Shown one piece after another: positions 46,334 through 48,518 of a DNA stretch of 48,518 bases. Each line of letters begins with the position of its first letter. Within the stretch, counting starts at the first letter, position 1. Origin of the DNA: Nitrospirota bacterium (GTDB taxonomy: Bacteria > Nitrospirota > UBA9217); the NCBI GenBank assembly GCA_043731355.1, contig JAYTJE010000127.1:1-48518 (forward strand), in the 5' to 3' direction. A program made the position numbers and the translations under genes. The notes under the pieces are model-generated. The model did not search any database. It saw only the letters and a list, made by a program, of their open reading frames with translations, and was not told the DNA's origin.

Positions 46334-47701
46334 CTACATCGCGCCCTTGCCCGTAAGCACGGTCCTGATGGTCCGGATAAAGATGATAAGGTCCAGCGTT
46401 ACACACCGGTTCTTGATATAGTAAAAATCGTACATCAGTTTTTGGCGCGCATCTTCGACCGAATTCCCATAAGGGTAATTGATCTGCGCCCATCCCGTGA
46501 TCCCGGGCGTTACCATGTGCCGTTCCGGATAATACGGGATCGCCCCGGTGTACAGCTCCACGAGGCTCAGCGCCTCGGGCCTCGGGCCGATCAGGCTCAT
46601 TTCGCCCTTCAGAACATTGATCAACTGGGGCACCTCATCGAGCCGCATCTTGCGGACCAGCCTACCGATCCGCGTGATCCGGGCATCATGGTCCGTGGTC
46701 CAATGGACATGGTTCTTGTCCGCGTCAACAACCATGGTGCGGAGTTTCCAGACGCGAAACGGCATGAGCAGCCTGCCAACGCGAAACTGGGAATAAAATA
46801 CCGGCCCGCGCGAATCAAGCTTTATCAAAAGGGCGACGAACGGAAGCAGGAGCAAGGCCAGGAAGAGCCCGACACAGGAGATCGCGACATCAAAAGCGCG
46901 TTTGGCAAGCCAGAAATAATGCTTATCCGCCGTGCTTAATTCAAGGACAAACCAGTTGTCATTGAGATATTCAATCGGTACTTTGCCGGTAATGTCCTCG
47001 ATCACCCTTCTAAAGTCGGAAACCTTGATCTTTCGTTGCATGCACTCCACCAGATGCTTGATCAGGTCATTGTCGTCCAGGATGGGGACCGCCACAATGA
47101 CCTGATCAACGGCCTTATTCTTAGCGATCGAGACCAGGTCCTGTATGTTCCCCAGATGGGGCAGCTGGCCCTCTGCCTGGTTCCCGTTTCCCCGGGACAC
47201 ATAGCCGACGACTGCTGTGTGAAGATACGGCCGGGAATTGATCAGCTGCGCCACTGCGGAGCTTCTTTTCCCATCACCGACGATCAGGACCCTCCAGTAG
47301 ACCGAGGAAAGCGCATGTTTGTTGATGAGGTAACGGAACAGGACGATAAGACAGAATGCGCTTCCAAAAAAAAGAATGAACACCGCTCGCGGGACCGTGT
47401 CCCGGAATAAAAAGAAGATGAACGTCGACAGGATCGAGCTTCCCAGCAGGCCAAAGCCGAGGACCAGCGCCTGCTGGGCAAAACGGTGCGGTATTTTGTG
47501 CAGGGTATAGGCGTCAAAAAAGAAAAACAGGAGCACGGTGGAGAAAAAGAGGGTCACAAAGCCCCAGTGATGAGCACACAGGAGGCTTACCGCGAAAGGT
47601 TCCTTATGCCCCAGAGAAAGCGCGATGATGAAAGAGGAGAACATCGCCACGCCGTCACTGATCAGCAGGAGTAAGACCTTTTTTTTAATAGCAGTTTTCA
47701 T
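46334..47701 (-). CDS. Priming undecaprenyl-phosphate glycosyl-1-phosphate transferase (WcaJ/WbaP-like)
   Basis: Four N-terminal TMs, Rossmann-like segment, 'KRAFD', 'KLRTM', 'D.RIT..G...RK..LDE.PQL.NVL.GEMSLIGPRPE', 'PGITGWAQ'. Confidence 0.92.
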   Translation of the reverse strand: MKTAIKKKVLLLLISDGVAMFSSFIIALSLGHKEPFAVSLLCAHHWGFVTLFFSTVLLFFFFDAYTLHKIPHRFAQQALVLGFGLLGSSILSTFIFFLFRDTVPRAVFILFFGSAFCLIVLFRYLINKHALSSVYWRVLIVGDGKRSSAVAQLINSRPYLHTAVVGYVSRGNGNQAEGQLPHLGNIQDLVSIAKNKAVDQVIVAVPILDDNDLIKHLVECMQRKIKVSDFRRVIEDITGKVPIEYLNDNWFVLELSTADKHYFWLAKRAFDVAISCVGLFLALLLLPFVALLIKLDSRGPVFYSQFRVGRLLMPFRVWKLRTMVVDADKNHVHWTTDHDARITRIGRLVRKMRLDEVPQLINVLKGEMSLIGPRPEALSLVELYTGAIPYYPERHMVTPGITGWAQINYPYGNSVEDARQKLMYDFYYIKNRCVTLDLIIFIRTIRTVLTGKGAM

Positions 47702-47863
47702 GGGTTCAATTGCGGGCTCATCGTCGGATCAGTGTATAGTAAAATGCGGGTATTTGCCATCACCCGGTCAGGGTATTTTAAGGGTAGCCGATACTGCCGG
47801 ATCTATAACAGGGAACTGAAAATAAACAAAGCGCTCTCCCCCTGAGTAACGCGCCGAGGCGCC

Positions 47864-48235
47864 TCATTCGTTGTGCAGAAAATCCGCAACGGAAATATGT
47901 TCTATCCCTTTATAGCCGCCCTCGATCATTCGATCCATTGACACTACCACTTTTCTAAAATTGTCCTTGATCTCCAGTAAATTGCCGAACTCCCGGTCCC
48001 GTGTCTTTTTGTCGGGCATGATATAAGCGGTTTGGACATACAGCCGATCACCTCGTTTTTCGCAGACAAAATCGATTTCCTTCCCACTGCGACTTGAGAA
48101 AGTCACTGATCTTTTTCGCCGAGACCATGCTTCCGATATTGTCCGCGAGGTATTCCACCAGTCGTTAACATCCTTATTCAGGTAGGGTCTCAGTTTATCG
48201 AGGTACAGAGGACGGCTGATATACGTTTTAATCAT
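47864..48235 (-). pseudogene. Internally deleted AAA_14/DUF4143-type ATP-binding protein
   Basis: N-terminus 'I.RP.YL.K...Y..KDV', out-of-frame middle piece 'RLVEYLADNIGSMVSAKKISDFLKSQ', C-terminus 'EIDFV....YVQ..Y...REFGNL..I.DN..K.V.SMD'. Walker motifs are absent. Confidence 0.75.
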
Positions 48236-48241
48236 AGTTAT

Positions 48242-48270
48242 ACTATAGCAAAAATTTCATCATCGTTGAA
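48242..48270 (-). promoter_or_regulatory. Promoter of the ATPase remnant (leaderless geometry)
   Basis: TTCAAC-17 nt-TATAGT with a TG extension, ATG 6 nt downstream. Confidence 0.5.
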
Positions 48271-48518
48271 CTATAATTAAATCGTTCCGGAGGGCAAATA
48301 GTTACCGTCGCATCCGATCTGTGCTGGTTATTTTCACGTCGGAAACATTGGAAGGTGATCACCGAGAACATTGCCTTGCATCGGAGAGCGGAGGGAGGAT
48401 GCAGTATCCCTGCTCAAAAAACGGGTCTTCTCCATGTCGTGTACATGAAATAATGCCAAAAATGATATAGCGTCCGCTCTGGGAGCGGATTTAATGATTG
48501 TTAGTGAGGCATAAAAAG

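Overview
This is a chromosomal segment of a moderately GC-rich diderm bacterium. The gene content (futalosine menaquinone pathway, DUF4388, DUF4416, MiaB plus MtaB) suggests Nitrospirota or Desulfobacterota, which is an inference. Genes run mostly on + up to about 31.6 kb and all on - after about 32 kb. A near-canonical 28-bp dif site lies at 35529-35556 and KOPS-like octamers flip polarity around it, so the window very likely spans the replication terminus. A DnaA-box cluster with an AT-rich stretch sits unexpectedly about 3.7 kb from dif. In order, the window holds: an O-antigen ligase-like gene, prmA, a CheY-like receiver, rplU-rpmA-obgE-proB-tlpA-proA-nadD-rsfS-rlmH, a LapA-LapB fusion, gpmI and comF. 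Next is a 7-gene cluster of exported, uncharacterised envelope proteins: two LPP20/FlgP-like paralogs, a TPR-SLH lipoprotein, a transglutaminase, a DUF799-DUF4412 lipoprotein, a CsgG-FlgT_C lipoprotein and a FecR-domain protein. This cluster is the best candidate for an undescribed system. It is followed by fur-feoB-DtxR/FeoA with a Fur box, a third LPP20 paralog, Rrf2, a small SoxA/TsdA-like cytochrome c, a DUF62 SAM hydrolase, miaB, mtaB, mqnC, mqnE and a deaminase. The end holds a nucleotide-sugar operon bracketed by two paralogous beta-barrel genes, galE, a priming glycosyltransferase and a doubly deleted ATPase pseudogene. Several genes look leaderless. All domain calls come from reading motifs by eye; no database search was run.
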